DNA from: an uncultured Rikenella sp.
Lineage (GTDB): Bacteria; Bacteroidota; Bacteroidia; Bacteroidales; VadinHA17
Length of the DNA stretch: 64,000 bases
Assembly: GCA_964579645.1 (NCBI GenBank)
Contig: CAZOHL010000003.1
Coordinates: 1,375-65,374 of the forward strand
Direction: 5' to 3'
Of the stretch, positions 8,242-17,389 are shown piece by piece. Numbering within the stretch: position 1 is the stretch's first letter; each line of letters begins with the position of its first letter. The translations under genes and the position numbers were made by a program. Under the pieces are notes generated by a model that was not told the origin of the DNA, did not search any database, and worked only from the letters and a program-made list of their open reading frames with translations.

Positions 8242-10395
8242 ATGAAACAGTTTTGCATCATCTTACAGATTGCTGCATGCCTGATTATTTCAGTTGCAGT
8301 TTCAGGTCAGAGACCCGGTACGGGTGAATCGCAGCCGGCTCTTGTGAAATGGATTGATGATACTCACATGCTGCTCAGGACCCTTGGTGACGACAAAAAG
8401 CCGGTTTACTCACAATATGACTGCAAGACCGGCAAGTCAGCGCCTGTGACAGATTACACAAGTGATATGGAAAAGCTCAGGAGCTTACTCCCGGAGGGGG
8501 TACAGCCAGGCCCTGACATGGTTGCGTCATCAGATATGCAAGCTGTGATCATTGTGCGCGACAATGACCTGTGGTACTATTCTGCAGGTAACCGTGAGGG
8601 TAAGAAGCTTACTTCTGACCCTGACAGGGAGATGAATGCCAGGTTTGCCCCCGGTGACAAAAAACTGGCCTACACAAAGAACAAGGAGCTTTATGTATAT
8701 GATCTTGGCCTTGGAAGGGAGACAAGGCTCACCTTTGATGCAACGGATAAAATCTACAACGGGTGGGCATCATGGGTTTATATGGAGGAAATCCTCGGCA
8801 GAGGCACCAGGTATGCCGCATTCTGGTGGTCTCCTGATGCAGAAAGGATCGCATATCTTCATACAGACGATAATCCGGTACCCCTGTACTATCTCAATGC
8901 GCTTGAGAATACTGACGGAATACACGGAAGGCTGGAGATAACACCTTATCCCAAGCCGGGAGACCCTAATCCAAAGGTAAAAATGGGTGTGGTTGAACTT
9001 ACAACCGGTAAAACCACATGGGTTAAGACGGACGGGAACATTGACCAGTACATAGCATGGCCATCATGGACCCCTGACAGCAAAAAGCTTATGGTACAGG
9101 TCCTTAACCGTGATCAGAATGATATGAAGTTTATCCTGGCTGACGTGAACAGCGGGGATTTCACAGTAGTATACCGGGAGACCAGGCCTACATGGATAGA
9201 CTTTTTCGAGGATATTTATGTAATGAAGGACGGCAGCGGTTTCATTGTGAGGAGTTGCCGGAACGACTGGTACAATCTGTACTACTATGGATGGGACGGT
9301 AATCTTAAGTCACAGATAACGAACTTTGAATGGAAGGTGACTGACATAGCAAGGGTTGATGAATCGAAGAAGGAGATTTACTTCAACGGCACCGGACCTG
9401 ATCTGCTGGGCGGTCACCTGTTCCGTGCAAAGCTTGACGGATCGAAACTGCTGCAGATTACTTCAGGGGATGGCAGTCATACTGCGTCGGTATCTCCCGG
9501 AGGTTCATACTTCTTCGAAACCTGGAGCAGCATCAGTGATCCTGGCGGCATAAACCTTCTCGACAGAAAGGGGAAGGTCGTTCGCAGCATCCATCGTGAA
9601 AAGGTCCCTGCCTATGATGCATCGAAGCATCAGAAGGTTGAACTGGTGAAGATCAGAACGTCTGACGGTCTGTTCGACATGCCTGCCATTATAACCTATC
9701 CGCTGAACTTCGATCCGGCCGCAAAGTACCCGGTAGTGTTTACAATCTACGGAGGACCGGATGCCGGCAGCATCAGGAACAGGTGGCAGGGAGTCCAGCC
9801 ACGCTGGTATGCCGAAAACGGAATTGTAACAATCAGTGTCGATCACCGCGGCTCAGGCGTTTTCGGCAAGAAGGGACTGGATTACATGCACCGGTCACTT
9901 GGCAAATGGGAGATTTCAGACTATTCCGATGCGGTGAAATGGCTAAGGCAGCAACCGTGGGCTGACGCAACCAGGATGGGGATAACCGGCGGATCCTACG
10001 GCGGGTATGTCACCTGTATGGCCCTTACGGCAGGCGCAGACTACTGGACCCATGGCATTGCAGATTATTCTGTAACCGACTGGCGCCTTTATGACAATGT
10101 ATACACCGAACGGTTCATGGATACCCCGGAGGACAACCCGGAAGGGTATAAGCAGGGCTCAGCCATTACACACGCAGAATCATTGAAAGGAAAGCTTCTT
10201 ATCCGCCACGGCGATATGGATGACAATGTCCATATGCAGAACTCGATATGGCTGATCACAACTCTTCAGGATCTCAATAAGCCTTTCGAGATGATGATTT
10301 ATCCGGGCGAACGTCACGGCTGGGGAGGTCCCAAGAGAACCTTCCAGACAAATGAAACCAACAGTTTCTGGATGAGATCCTTTTTCGGAAAATAG
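8242..10395 (+). CDS. Dipeptidyl-peptidase IV (S9B prolyl oligopeptidase family)
   Basis: The start is moved to MKQFCIILQIAACLIISVAVSGQ, a signal peptide. It has a DPP-IV N-terminal beta-propeller region, the nucleophile motif ITGGSYGGY, and DMDDNVH and GERHG for the Asp and His of the triad. Confidence 0.85.
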   Translation: MKQFCIILQIAACLIISVAVSGQRPGTGESQPALVKWIDDTHMLLRTLGDDKKPVYSQYDCKTGKSAPVTDYTSDMEKLRSLLPEGVQPGPDMVASSDMQAVIIVRDNDLWYYSAGNREGKKLTSDPDREMNARFAPGDKKLAYTKNKELYVYDLGLGRETRLTFDATDKIYNGWASWVYMEEILGRGTRYAAFWWSPDAERIAYLHTDDNPVPLYYLNALENTDGIHGRLEITPYPKPGDPNPKVKMGVVELTTGKTTWVKTDGNIDQYIAWPSWTPDSKKLMVQVLNRDQNDMKFILADVNSGDFTVVYRETRPTWIDFFEDIYVMKDGSGFIVRSCRNDWYNLYYYGWDGNLKSQITNFEWKVTDIARVDESKKEIYFNGTGPDLLGGHLFRAKLDGSKLLQITSGDGSHTASVSPGGSYFFETWSSISDPGGINLLDRKGKVVRSIHREKVPAYDASKHQKVELVKIRTSDGLFDMPAIITYPLNFDPAAKYPVVFTIYGGPDAGSIRNRWQGVQPRWYAENGIVTISVDHRGSGVFGKKGLDYMHRSLGKWEISDYSDAVKWLRQQPWADATRMGITGGSYGGYVTCMALTAGADYWTHGIADYSVTDWRLYDNVYTERFMDTPEDNPEGYKQGSAITHAESLKGKLLIRHGDMDDNVHMQNSIWLITTLQDLNKPFEMMIYPGERHGWGGPKRTFQTNETNSFWMRSFFGK

Positions 10396-10415
10396 CAACA
10401 CTTACGATCTGCAAT

Positions 10416-12233
10416 ATGGCTGCCAGCTTATACGTGAAGAGACTCGCTGAAGTGCGGGCCCTGATGAGGAAAAGGAAACTTGACGCTCTTATAATTCCTT
10501 CCTCCGATCCGCACCTGGGAGAGTACGTGCCTGACCACTGGAGGGTCATCAGGTGGCTCACCGGTTTTACAGGCTCTGCGGGGAACGTTGTAATTACCAG
10601 GACATTTGCCGGTCTGTGGACTGACAGCCGGTATTTCATCCAGGCAGAAGAGCAACTGGCGGGTTCGGGATTTGAGCTCGTGAGGCTGAAGGTACCTCAT
10701 ACTCCGGAGCACATCGACTGGCTCAGGGAGAAGGTCCGCAAGGGATGGAAGGTTGGCGTTGACGGCCGGTTGATATCAGCAGTTATAATGAAGCTGCTTC
10801 TGTCAACAATGAAAGATTCCGGAGCCAGGCTTGACATGAGAGCCGACCTGATCACTCCAATCTGGAAAGACCGCCCTGCATTGCCTGCTGACAAGGCTTT
10901 TGAGCTTGATGTAAAATATGCCGGACTGGCCAGGATGCAGAAACTGAACAGGGTCAGGGAGGTGATGAGGGCGATAGGGGCAGATTATCAGTTGCTTACG
11001 GCGACAGATGATATAATGTGGCTGTTAAACCTGAGGGGCAACGATGTCAAATACTGCCCTCTGCTGATCTCGTTTGCTGTGTTGAGTCATGAACAGGTCT
11101 TTTTCTTTGCTGATGAGGAGAAAATACCGTTTGCCATGAAAGCCTCGCTTGACAGCGATGGTGTTGTCCTGCTGCCCTATGACGCTGTAAATTCAGTGTT
11201 ATCTCATCTGGATGACGGATCGGTTCTTCTGTTATCTCCCCATGCAACTCCGGCAGCCCTGTACAGAGCTGTTTCGCGAAGGGTGAAGATAGTTGAAGAT
11301 CTGAGTATTCCCACACGGATGAAGGCGGTAAAGAATGACACGGAGCTTAAGAATCTGAGAAAAGTGATGGTTGATGACGGGGTTGTGCTGACCCGGTTTT
11401 TCCACTGGCTTGAAAATGCAGTTGCCGGTGAGGAAATAACCGAACTGGGTGCTGCCGCCAGAATTGATGAGATGCGTTCAGCTCAGGCTGGCTGTACGGG
11501 TCCTTCGTTCAGCACCATCGCTGCATATAATGAACATGCCGCTCTTCCTCATTATGTTCCTGGCATTGATACCGACGTAAGGCTTCAGAAGAAGGGTATC
11601 TTTCTTCTTGACTCAGGCGGACAGTATTTAGGGGGAACCACTGACATTACAAGGACGGTTGCCCTTGGAAAAGCTGATGCTCAGATGAGGAGAGAATTCA
11701 CACTTGCCCTGCGGGGTACGATCGGCCTTGCCATGGCCAGGTTCCCAAATGGCACGAAGGGATACCAGCTTGATATTCTCGCTCGTAAGCCTTTGTGGGA
11801 TAATTACATGAACTACGGTCATGGCACGGGTCACGGTGTCGGCAGCTTCCTTAACGTGCATGAAGGGCCCCAGACGATAGGTTCCGGTGCCACCGGCGAT
11901 ATGAAAACAAGCATCGAACCCGGAATGGTGATATCAGATGAGCCCGCTTTTTACCGGCCGGGGCTCTATGGTTTCCGGACCGAAAACCTTCTGGTGTGCC
12001 GGGCAGATAAGGAGAGCGAATTTGGCAGTTTCCGGTCGTTCGAGACGGTGACGCTTTGCTACATTGATAATGAGCTTATTGATCCATCAGTACTTGATGA
12101 CAGTGAGCTCCGGTGGCTGAATGGTTACCATGAAAGGGTTTACGAGTTGCTTCACAGGCACCTTGAGCCTGAATTGCAGAGCTGGTTGAGAGTAAAGACA
12201 ATGCCGCTTAGCCGTGGTAAGAAGAAAAATTAG
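10416..12233 (+). CDS. Xaa-Pro aminopeptidase (M24B, aminopeptidase P family)
   Basis: It has a creatinase/prolidase N-terminal domain pattern. Metal-ligand motifs are DSGGQY, DITRT, HGTGHGVGSFLNVHEGP and SDEPAFY. Confidence 0.85.
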   Translation: MAASLYVKRLAEVRALMRKRKLDALIIPSSDPHLGEYVPDHWRVIRWLTGFTGSAGNVVITRTFAGLWTDSRYFIQAEEQLAGSGFELVRLKVPHTPEHIDWLREKVRKGWKVGVDGRLISAVIMKLLLSTMKDSGARLDMRADLITPIWKDRPALPADKAFELDVKYAGLARMQKLNRVREVMRAIGADYQLLTATDDIMWLLNLRGNDVKYCPLLISFAVLSHEQVFFFADEEKIPFAMKASLDSDGVVLLPYDAVNSVLSHLDDGSVLLLSPHATPAALYRAVSRRVKIVEDLSIPTRMKAVKNDTELKNLRKVMVDDGVVLTRFFHWLENAVAGEEITELGAAARIDEMRSAQAGCTGPSFSTIAAYNEHAALPHYVPGIDTDVRLQKKGIFLLDSGGQYLGGTTDITRTVALGKADAQMRREFTLALRGTIGLAMARFPNGTKGYQLDILARKPLWDNYMNYGHGTGHGVGSFLNVHEGPQTIGSGATGDMKTSIEPGMVISDEPAFYRPGLYGFRTENLLVCRADKESEFGSFRSFETVTLCYIDNELIDPSVLDDSELRWLNGYHERVYELLHRHLEPELQSWLRVKTMPLSRGKKKN

Positions 12234-12246
12234 AATAATAAATCAG

Positions 12247-13542
12247 ATGTTCAAAGCAAACCTTTTTGTATTAATTGTCGCAGCCATCCTCACCACCGGG
12301 TGCTCAGACAAGACAATGACCCTGGAGGAGTGCCTGGCAAGCCTTCCCGCAGATACACTTTTCAGGATAAATGCCGACTCGTCATTCAGTGAGGCCTGGG
12401 AGATACGCCTGAGACAGCCGGTTGACCATCGTAATCCTGACGGCCCCCAGTTCACCCAGCAGATATTTCTTTATTATGCCGGAGCAGACAGGCCCGTGGT
12501 GGTTGAGACCGAAGGATACGGAGCCAGGGGAGGCCGGAATGAACTTTCTTCAATCCTGCATGCCAACCTTATCAGGATTGAGCACAGGTATTTCGAGGAG
12601 TCGACGCCGGATTCCGTCGACTGGAAATATCTGACCACATGGCAGGCAGCCACTGATCATCACAGGATAATTGAGCTGTTCAAACCAGTATTCAGTGGCA
12701 GATGGTCAACAACCGGCATCAGCAAGGGAGGTCAGACAGTGATGTTCCACAGGTACTACTACCCTGATGATGTAGATGTCAGTGTACCATATGTGGCACC
12801 GCTGAATTTCGGACCTGAAGATCCAAGAATGGAGCCCTTCCTTGAGAATGTGGGAACAGCTGAATGCCGCGACAGAATCTTCAGGTTCCAGAAACTGGCT
12901 CTTGAAAAGTTCGACTTGCTGTACCCGATGTTCCTTGAAATGGCTGACAGGCGCGGATGGACATTCACGAGGGTGGGAGGGCCCGAAAGCGCATATGAGA
13001 TGACCGTGCTTGAATATGAGTTTGCATTCTGGCAATGGGGATCTGTGCCGTGTGATTCAATACCCCTGGAAGGTACCGATGAGAAGATTTTCAGGCACCT
13101 GGCTGCAGTGGGTGATCCCCGTTATTTTGCTGATCAGGGCCTGGCATATTTCGAACCATTCTTTTACCAGGCAATGACTGAGATAGGGTATTACGGCTAT
13201 GATTTTGACAAGTTCGGTGATCTTATTAGACATGCACGTAACGGTGAAAAGCCTGAATTTTTGTTTTCTGCACCCAGTGGACCTGAATATGTGTATGATT
13301 ATGAATTCGGGAAGAAGGTCAGTGAGTTCATTAAACATGATGCCGAAAACTTCATCTTCCTTTATGGCGAAAATGATCCATGGTCAGCCTCTGCGGCTGA
13401 TCCGGGCAATAATAAGAAATGCCTTAAGATCGTAAACAAGGGAGGAGCACACGGCACCCGAATCAGTATACTTCCTGAAGAACAGAAGGAATTGGTCATG
13501 ACTAAACTTCAGGAATGGATGGATGTTCCGGCAGACATCTGA
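12247..13542 (+). CDS. Alpha/beta-hydrolase serine peptidase, S28/S37 (PS-10)-like lipoprotein
   Basis: The start is moved to MFKANLFVLIVAAILTTGC, a lipobox. It has IEHRYFEES and the nucleophile elbow TGISKGGQ. Confidence 0.55.
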   Translation: MFKANLFVLIVAAILTTGCSDKTMTLEECLASLPADTLFRINADSSFSEAWEIRLRQPVDHRNPDGPQFTQQIFLYYAGADRPVVVETEGYGARGGRNELSSILHANLIRIEHRYFEESTPDSVDWKYLTTWQAATDHHRIIELFKPVFSGRWSTTGISKGGQTVMFHRYYYPDDVDVSVPYVAPLNFGPEDPRMEPFLENVGTAECRDRIFRFQKLALEKFDLLYPMFLEMADRRGWTFTRVGGPESAYEMTVLEYEFAFWQWGSVPCDSIPLEGTDEKIFRHLAAVGDPRYFADQGLAYFEPFFYQAMTEIGYYGYDFDKFGDLIRHARNGEKPEFLFSAPSGPEYVYDYEFGKKVSEFIKHDAENFIFLYGENDPWSASAADPGNNKKCLKIVNKGGAHGTRISILPEEQKELVMTKLQEWMDVPADI

Positions 13543-13622
13543 CCCGTTGTTTTAGCAGATTTTCCTTCAGCCTGTTAACTCCAAATTTTCAAATAAATTT
13601 GGAATTGTTAAAATTAATTAAA

Positions 13623-13630
13623 TACCTTTG
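13623..13630 (+). promoter_or_regulatory. Candidate -7 box TACCTTTG (TAnnTTTG)
   Basis: It lies in the AT-rich 184-bp intergenic region, about 97 nt upstream of the RRM gene ATG. This implies a long 5' leader. Confidence 0.35.
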
Positions 13631-13726
13631 TCTCAGCTGACTTGTTAGTGTGTGGAGATATTTTAGTGTCTCCTTCATTTACAGTTAGTTAATTTAAATT
13701 TTATTAACAGTTTAATTTATTTTCAA

Positions 13727-14032
13727 ATGAACATTTTTGTAGCCAAGCTGAGTTCTGTAACAAAAGCAGAAGACCTTCAGGAACTTTTCAGCAAATTTGG
13801 GGAGGTTATCTCCGCCAAAGTTATCATGGACCGTGAAACCGGCTTTTCAAAGCGTTACGGTTTCGTTGAGATGGCAGATGACCGTGCCGGTTATGAAGCT
13901 ATCGAAAAACTCAATAACTCAGAGCTCGATGGCAGTCAGATCATCGTAAAGAGATCTGAGCCAAAGGCAGAGAAAAAGCCTTTCAGGCCCCGTCGTGATT
14001 TCCGCGACAGGGACCGTGAACCGAAATACTAG
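13727..14032 (+). CDS. RRM (RNP-1/RNP-2) single-domain RNA-binding protein
   Basis: RNP-2 is NIFVAKL and RNP-1 is KRYGFVEM. The C-terminal tail is basic and R/D-rich. Confidence 0.85.
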   Translation: MNIFVAKLSSVTKAEDLQELFSKFGEVISAKVIMDRETGFSKRYGFVEMADDRAGYEAIEKLNNSELDGSQIIVKRSEPKAEKKPFRPRRDFRDRDREPKY

Positions 14033-14046
14033 GAAATGAAACACAG

Positions 14047-14074
14047 GAGGCTGCCGGGAAAGACAGCCTCTTTT
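14047..14074 (+). terminator. Rho-independent terminator
   Basis: The stem GAGGCTG (14047-14053) pairs with CAGCCTC (14064-14070). The loop is 10 nt and is followed by TTTT. Confidence 0.65.
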
Positions 14075-14084
14075 CATCCGGGAT

Positions 14085-14112
14085 AAAAAGGCAGGATAAC
14101 ACTGCCTTTTTT
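14085..14112. terminator. Second hairpin with flanking A-run and T-run (bidirectional terminator-like)
   Basis: The sequence is AAAAAGGCAG-gataaca-CTGCCTTTTTT. Confidence 0.55.
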
Positions 14113-14334
14113 ATTATATATAGCAGGTTTTTCAAAAAAAAGCTGGAAGACTCCGGATACCGGAAAGAAATATCTATAATTTCGCATTGGCTAATTCAAA
14201 AGAGCTGATAAACACTTGCCCGCAAATTTTTCAGGTTACGGAAACAGACTGAACCCGATCTCTCCCGATCGGGTGTTGTCATTTTCAGCCATAACCCGGC
14301 GATTTCTGTAAAACTACTTTATAACTGATCAACC

Positions 14335-15747
14335 ATGAAAAACCTTATTCTTACCCTGACCGGAAGCAACAGGAAGAGAGTCATGCTCATCTTTCTTATT
14401 CTGATGCTCCCGGTGACAATTTTCGCGTCAGATGGTTCGGTTCCCAAAATCGGACCTATACGCGTCGAGTTTATTATTTTCGGCCTTATCCTTCTTGGGG
14501 TAGCCCTTTTCCACAAGCAGACATTCTGGGTTGCCATTACAGGTCTCACAGTTCTGCTGATCTTCAAATTCGCATTTGATCCGGCCTTTAAGCTGGGTGA
14601 GCACATGTTCGGCACAACTCCTTTCCTGGAGCAGATCATGGACAAGGATCTCAGACAGGGGGAGTGGGGAATAATACTTAATCTTCTGGGTTTGCTACTT
14701 GGCTTTGCGGTACTTTCAAAAATATTTGAAGAATCTAGGGTGCCTGACATACTCCCAAGGTATCTGCCGGATGACTGGAAGGGTCCTTTCCTCCTGTTGA
14801 TCTTTGTCTTCATCCTTTCCTCATTCCTCGATAATATTGCTGCAGCCCTGATAGGAGGTACAATAGCTCTTGTCGTATTCAAAAACAAGGTCCACATCGG
14901 ATATATAGCAGCCCTTGTTGCGGCAAGCAATGCCGGCGGAAGCGGAAGTGTAGTGGGAGATACCACCACCACAATGATGTGGATTGACGGTGTCTCTGCC
15001 TTAAACGTTATACATGCTTACGTTGCTGCCTTTGTCGCCCTGCTGTTTTTTGCATGGTTTGCGTCTCATCAGCAGGACAGGCATCAGAGGATACAGAAGG
15101 ACGCAAATACCAATGTAAAAATTGACTGGCTTAAGATTGTAAGTGTCCTCCTCATACTGGCAGGTGCCATAATCTCAAACATTCTTTATGACATGCCTGC
15201 GCTGGGTGTCTGGATTGCAATCATTATCGGTGCAATACTGAGGCCGGTTCCATGGAAGGAGGTCCCGTCCTCACTCAAGGGAACAATATTTCTTTTATGC
15301 CTTGTAATGTGTGCCTCGATGATGCCGGTTGAAGAACTGCCTGATGCCTCATGGGTAACTGCATTTGCACTTGGCGCCCTGTCAGCCGTATTTGACAATA
15401 TTCCTCTTACCAAGCTATGTCTTGACCAGGGACACTATGACTGGGGGATGCTGGCTTACGCAGTAGGTTTCGGAGGATCAATGATATGGTTCGGATCATC
15501 AGCCGGTGTGGCAATAACAAACAAGTTTCACGAGGCACGGAATGTGGTACTTTGGGTAAGAAAGGGATGGCACGTGGCTGTAGCCTATGTCCTGGGATTC
15601 TTTGCCCTTTACCTGCTCCTCGGATGGGAGCCGGCAGACACAAAGGAACATAAGATCATCAACTGTCCCGTACCCGGATGCCCGATGGCAGGTCAGGGCG
15701 AGACTCCTGAGGGGGCGGTCAGTTACCTTGACCTGATCAACGAATAG
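14335..15747 (+). CDS. ArsB/NhaD-superfamily ion transporter (NhaD-like/citrate-transporter-like permease)
   Basis: 470 aa and polytopic. The motifs SSFLDNIAAALIGG and AVFDNIPLT match the duplicated DN(I/L) motifs seen in the neighbouring NhaD. Confidence 0.65.
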   Translation: MKNLILTLTGSNRKRVMLIFLILMLPVTIFASDGSVPKIGPIRVEFIIFGLILLGVALFHKQTFWVAITGLTVLLIFKFAFDPAFKLGEHMFGTTPFLEQIMDKDLRQGEWGIILNLLGLLLGFAVLSKIFEESRVPDILPRYLPDDWKGPFLLLIFVFILSSFLDNIAAALIGGTIALVVFKNKVHIGYIAALVAASNAGGSGSVVGDTTTTMMWIDGVSALNVIHAYVAAFVALLFFAWFASHQQDRHQRIQKDANTNVKIDWLKIVSVLLILAGAIISNILYDMPALGVWIAIIIGAILRPVPWKEVPSSLKGTIFLLCLVMCASMMPVEELPDASWVTAFALGALSAVFDNIPLTKLCLDQGHYDWGMLAYAVGFGGSMIWFGSSAGVAITNKFHEARNVVLWVRKGWHVAVAYVLGFFALYLLLGWEPADTKEHKIINCPVPGCPMAGQGETPEGAVSYLDLINE

Positions 15748-15775
15748 AAAGAAAAAATTCTTCTTTGAAATAATG

Positions 15776-15805
15776 AAAAAGGCACCCACGGAATGGTGCC
15801 TTTTT
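15776..15805. terminator. Bidirectional rho-independent terminator between convergent transporter genes
   Basis: The sequence is AAAAAGGCACC-cacggaat-GGTGCCTTTTT. Confidence 0.75.
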
Positions 15806-15855
15806 CATTTTAACTCTGCTTCGTTGCCGAGGCAGCATCCGGTTGTTCCATGTTC

Positions 15856-17322
15856 TCAAGCTATAAGTTGTGACTGAAGCCAGTATACTCCGGCGCCGGC
15901 AAGATAGCCTGCCAGGGCAAGCCAGGAGATCTTCTTCATGTACCAGATGAAGTCAATTCTCTCGAGGCCCATTGCAGCTACACCAGCAGCGGAGCCGATT
16001 ATCAGCATGCTTCCGCCTGTCCCCGCACAGTATGCGAGCATCTCCCAGAAGAGGCCGTCCTGCACAAAGAAACCTGCATATGCCGGATCTGCAGCCATTC
16101 GGAGCATGTCAGGCGTTACAATCTCATACATGCCCATTGCACCTGCCACCAGAGGAACGTTGTCAACAACAGCTGATATGACTCCGATAGCCAGGTTAAT
16201 CAGGAAGATATTACCCAGTTTCTCGTCGAGCCATCCTGCCATCAGGCTCAGGTGGCCGGCACTCTGAAGAGCAGCCACTGCAGCAAGGATTCCCAGGAAG
16301 AAAAAGATCGTAGGGGTATCAACCTTCTTGACAATGTTGTAAATGGTGAGTTTTTTCCTTATCTCATCCTCCTTGTCGCGGTGCATGATCTCGGATACGA
16401 CCCACAGCACTCCCAGGCCGAAGATCATTCCCACCCATGGCGGAAGGTGGGTTATGGTTTTGAACACCGGAACGAAAAGCAGCATGGAGACACCAAGGAT
16501 CAGAATGAAAGTCCTTTCAAACGGCGTCGTGATATCAACCGAGCCATGTGCAATTTCAGGTCTTTTCACGTCTCCCTTAACCATGAATGAGAGTATGGCG
16601 AGAGGCACTATCATGTTAACAAGGCTCGGAAGGAAAACCTTCAGGATAATGTTAACAGTTGTTATCTGTCCGCCGATCCAGAGCATGATTGTTGTGACGT
16701 CACCGATTGGCGACCATGCACCACCGGCATTGGCGGATATCACTATCATGCTTGCGAAAATCCATCTTGTTGGTTTGTCGGAGATAAGCTTCCTAAGCAG
16801 GGCAATCATCACTATTGTGGTTGTCAGGTTGTCAAGGACCGCTGACATGAAGAAGGTGATGAACCCGATGATCCAGATAAGCCTTACCTTACTCTTTGTA
16901 GCTATCCTGTCGGTGATGACTGTAAACCCCTGGTGCTGGTCAATCACCTCGACTATCGTCATTGCTCCGAACAGGAAGAAAAGTATTTCTGCAATGTCAA
17001 CAAGGTGATGGGCAAGTTCGTGCTTTACAAAGGCGCTGGTATGTCCTGCCAGCTCAACCGTCTCACGGAAAGGGGAAGTGGCAAACTGGTCGGGAGTCAT
17101 TGCCGGGGCAATGCTGTTCATAATCTGCTGTCCCATGAGCTTCAGTTCCTCCCAGGAGGGAGAAAAGCCCATTGCGAGGACCTGTTCACTGGAGAGGGCG
17201 TAGAGAGCCCACAGGACAGAACCAAGCAGGAGTGCGCTGGCAGCTTTCTCTACTTTAATGGGATGCTCAAGTGCTATCGCCAGGTATCCCAGCAGGAAAA
17301 GCACAATCATTAGAATAAACAT
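15856..17322 (-). CDS. nhaD: Na+/H+ antiporter NhaD
   Basis: 488 aa and polytopic. Motifs are FFMSAVLDNLTTT, ANAGGAWSPIGDVTT and SAVVDNVPLV. Confidence 0.8.
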   Translation of the reverse strand: MFILMIVLFLLGYLAIALEHPIKVEKAASALLLGSVLWALYALSSEQVLAMGFSPSWEELKLMGQQIMNSIAPAMTPDQFATSPFRETVELAGHTSAFVKHELAHHLVDIAEILFFLFGAMTIVEVIDQHQGFTVITDRIATKSKVRLIWIIGFITFFMSAVLDNLTTTIVMIALLRKLISDKPTRWIFASMIVISANAGGAWSPIGDVTTIMLWIGGQITTVNIILKVFLPSLVNMIVPLAILSFMVKGDVKRPEIAHGSVDITTPFERTFILILGVSMLLFVPVFKTITHLPPWVGMIFGLGVLWVVSEIMHRDKEDEIRKKLTIYNIVKKVDTPTIFFFLGILAAVAALQSAGHLSLMAGWLDEKLGNIFLINLAIGVISAVVDNVPLVAGAMGMYEIVTPDMLRMAADPAYAGFFVQDGLFWEMLAYCAGTGGSMLIIGSAAGVAAMGLERIDFIWYMKKISWLALAGYLAGAGVYWLQSQLIA

Positions 17323-17389
17323 ACTTCAGTTTTTATTTTTTTTGCAAAAATAGGATTCGCGAGGAACATTCAAATAAATATTGCAATTA

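Noticed and set aside
14319-14972. A 217-aa minus-strand ORF, and similarly 16343..17008 (+, 221 aa).
   Set aside because: Both are antisense to the two NhaD/ArsB-type transporter genes. The proteins are not membrane-like or motif-bearing, so they are shadow ORFs.
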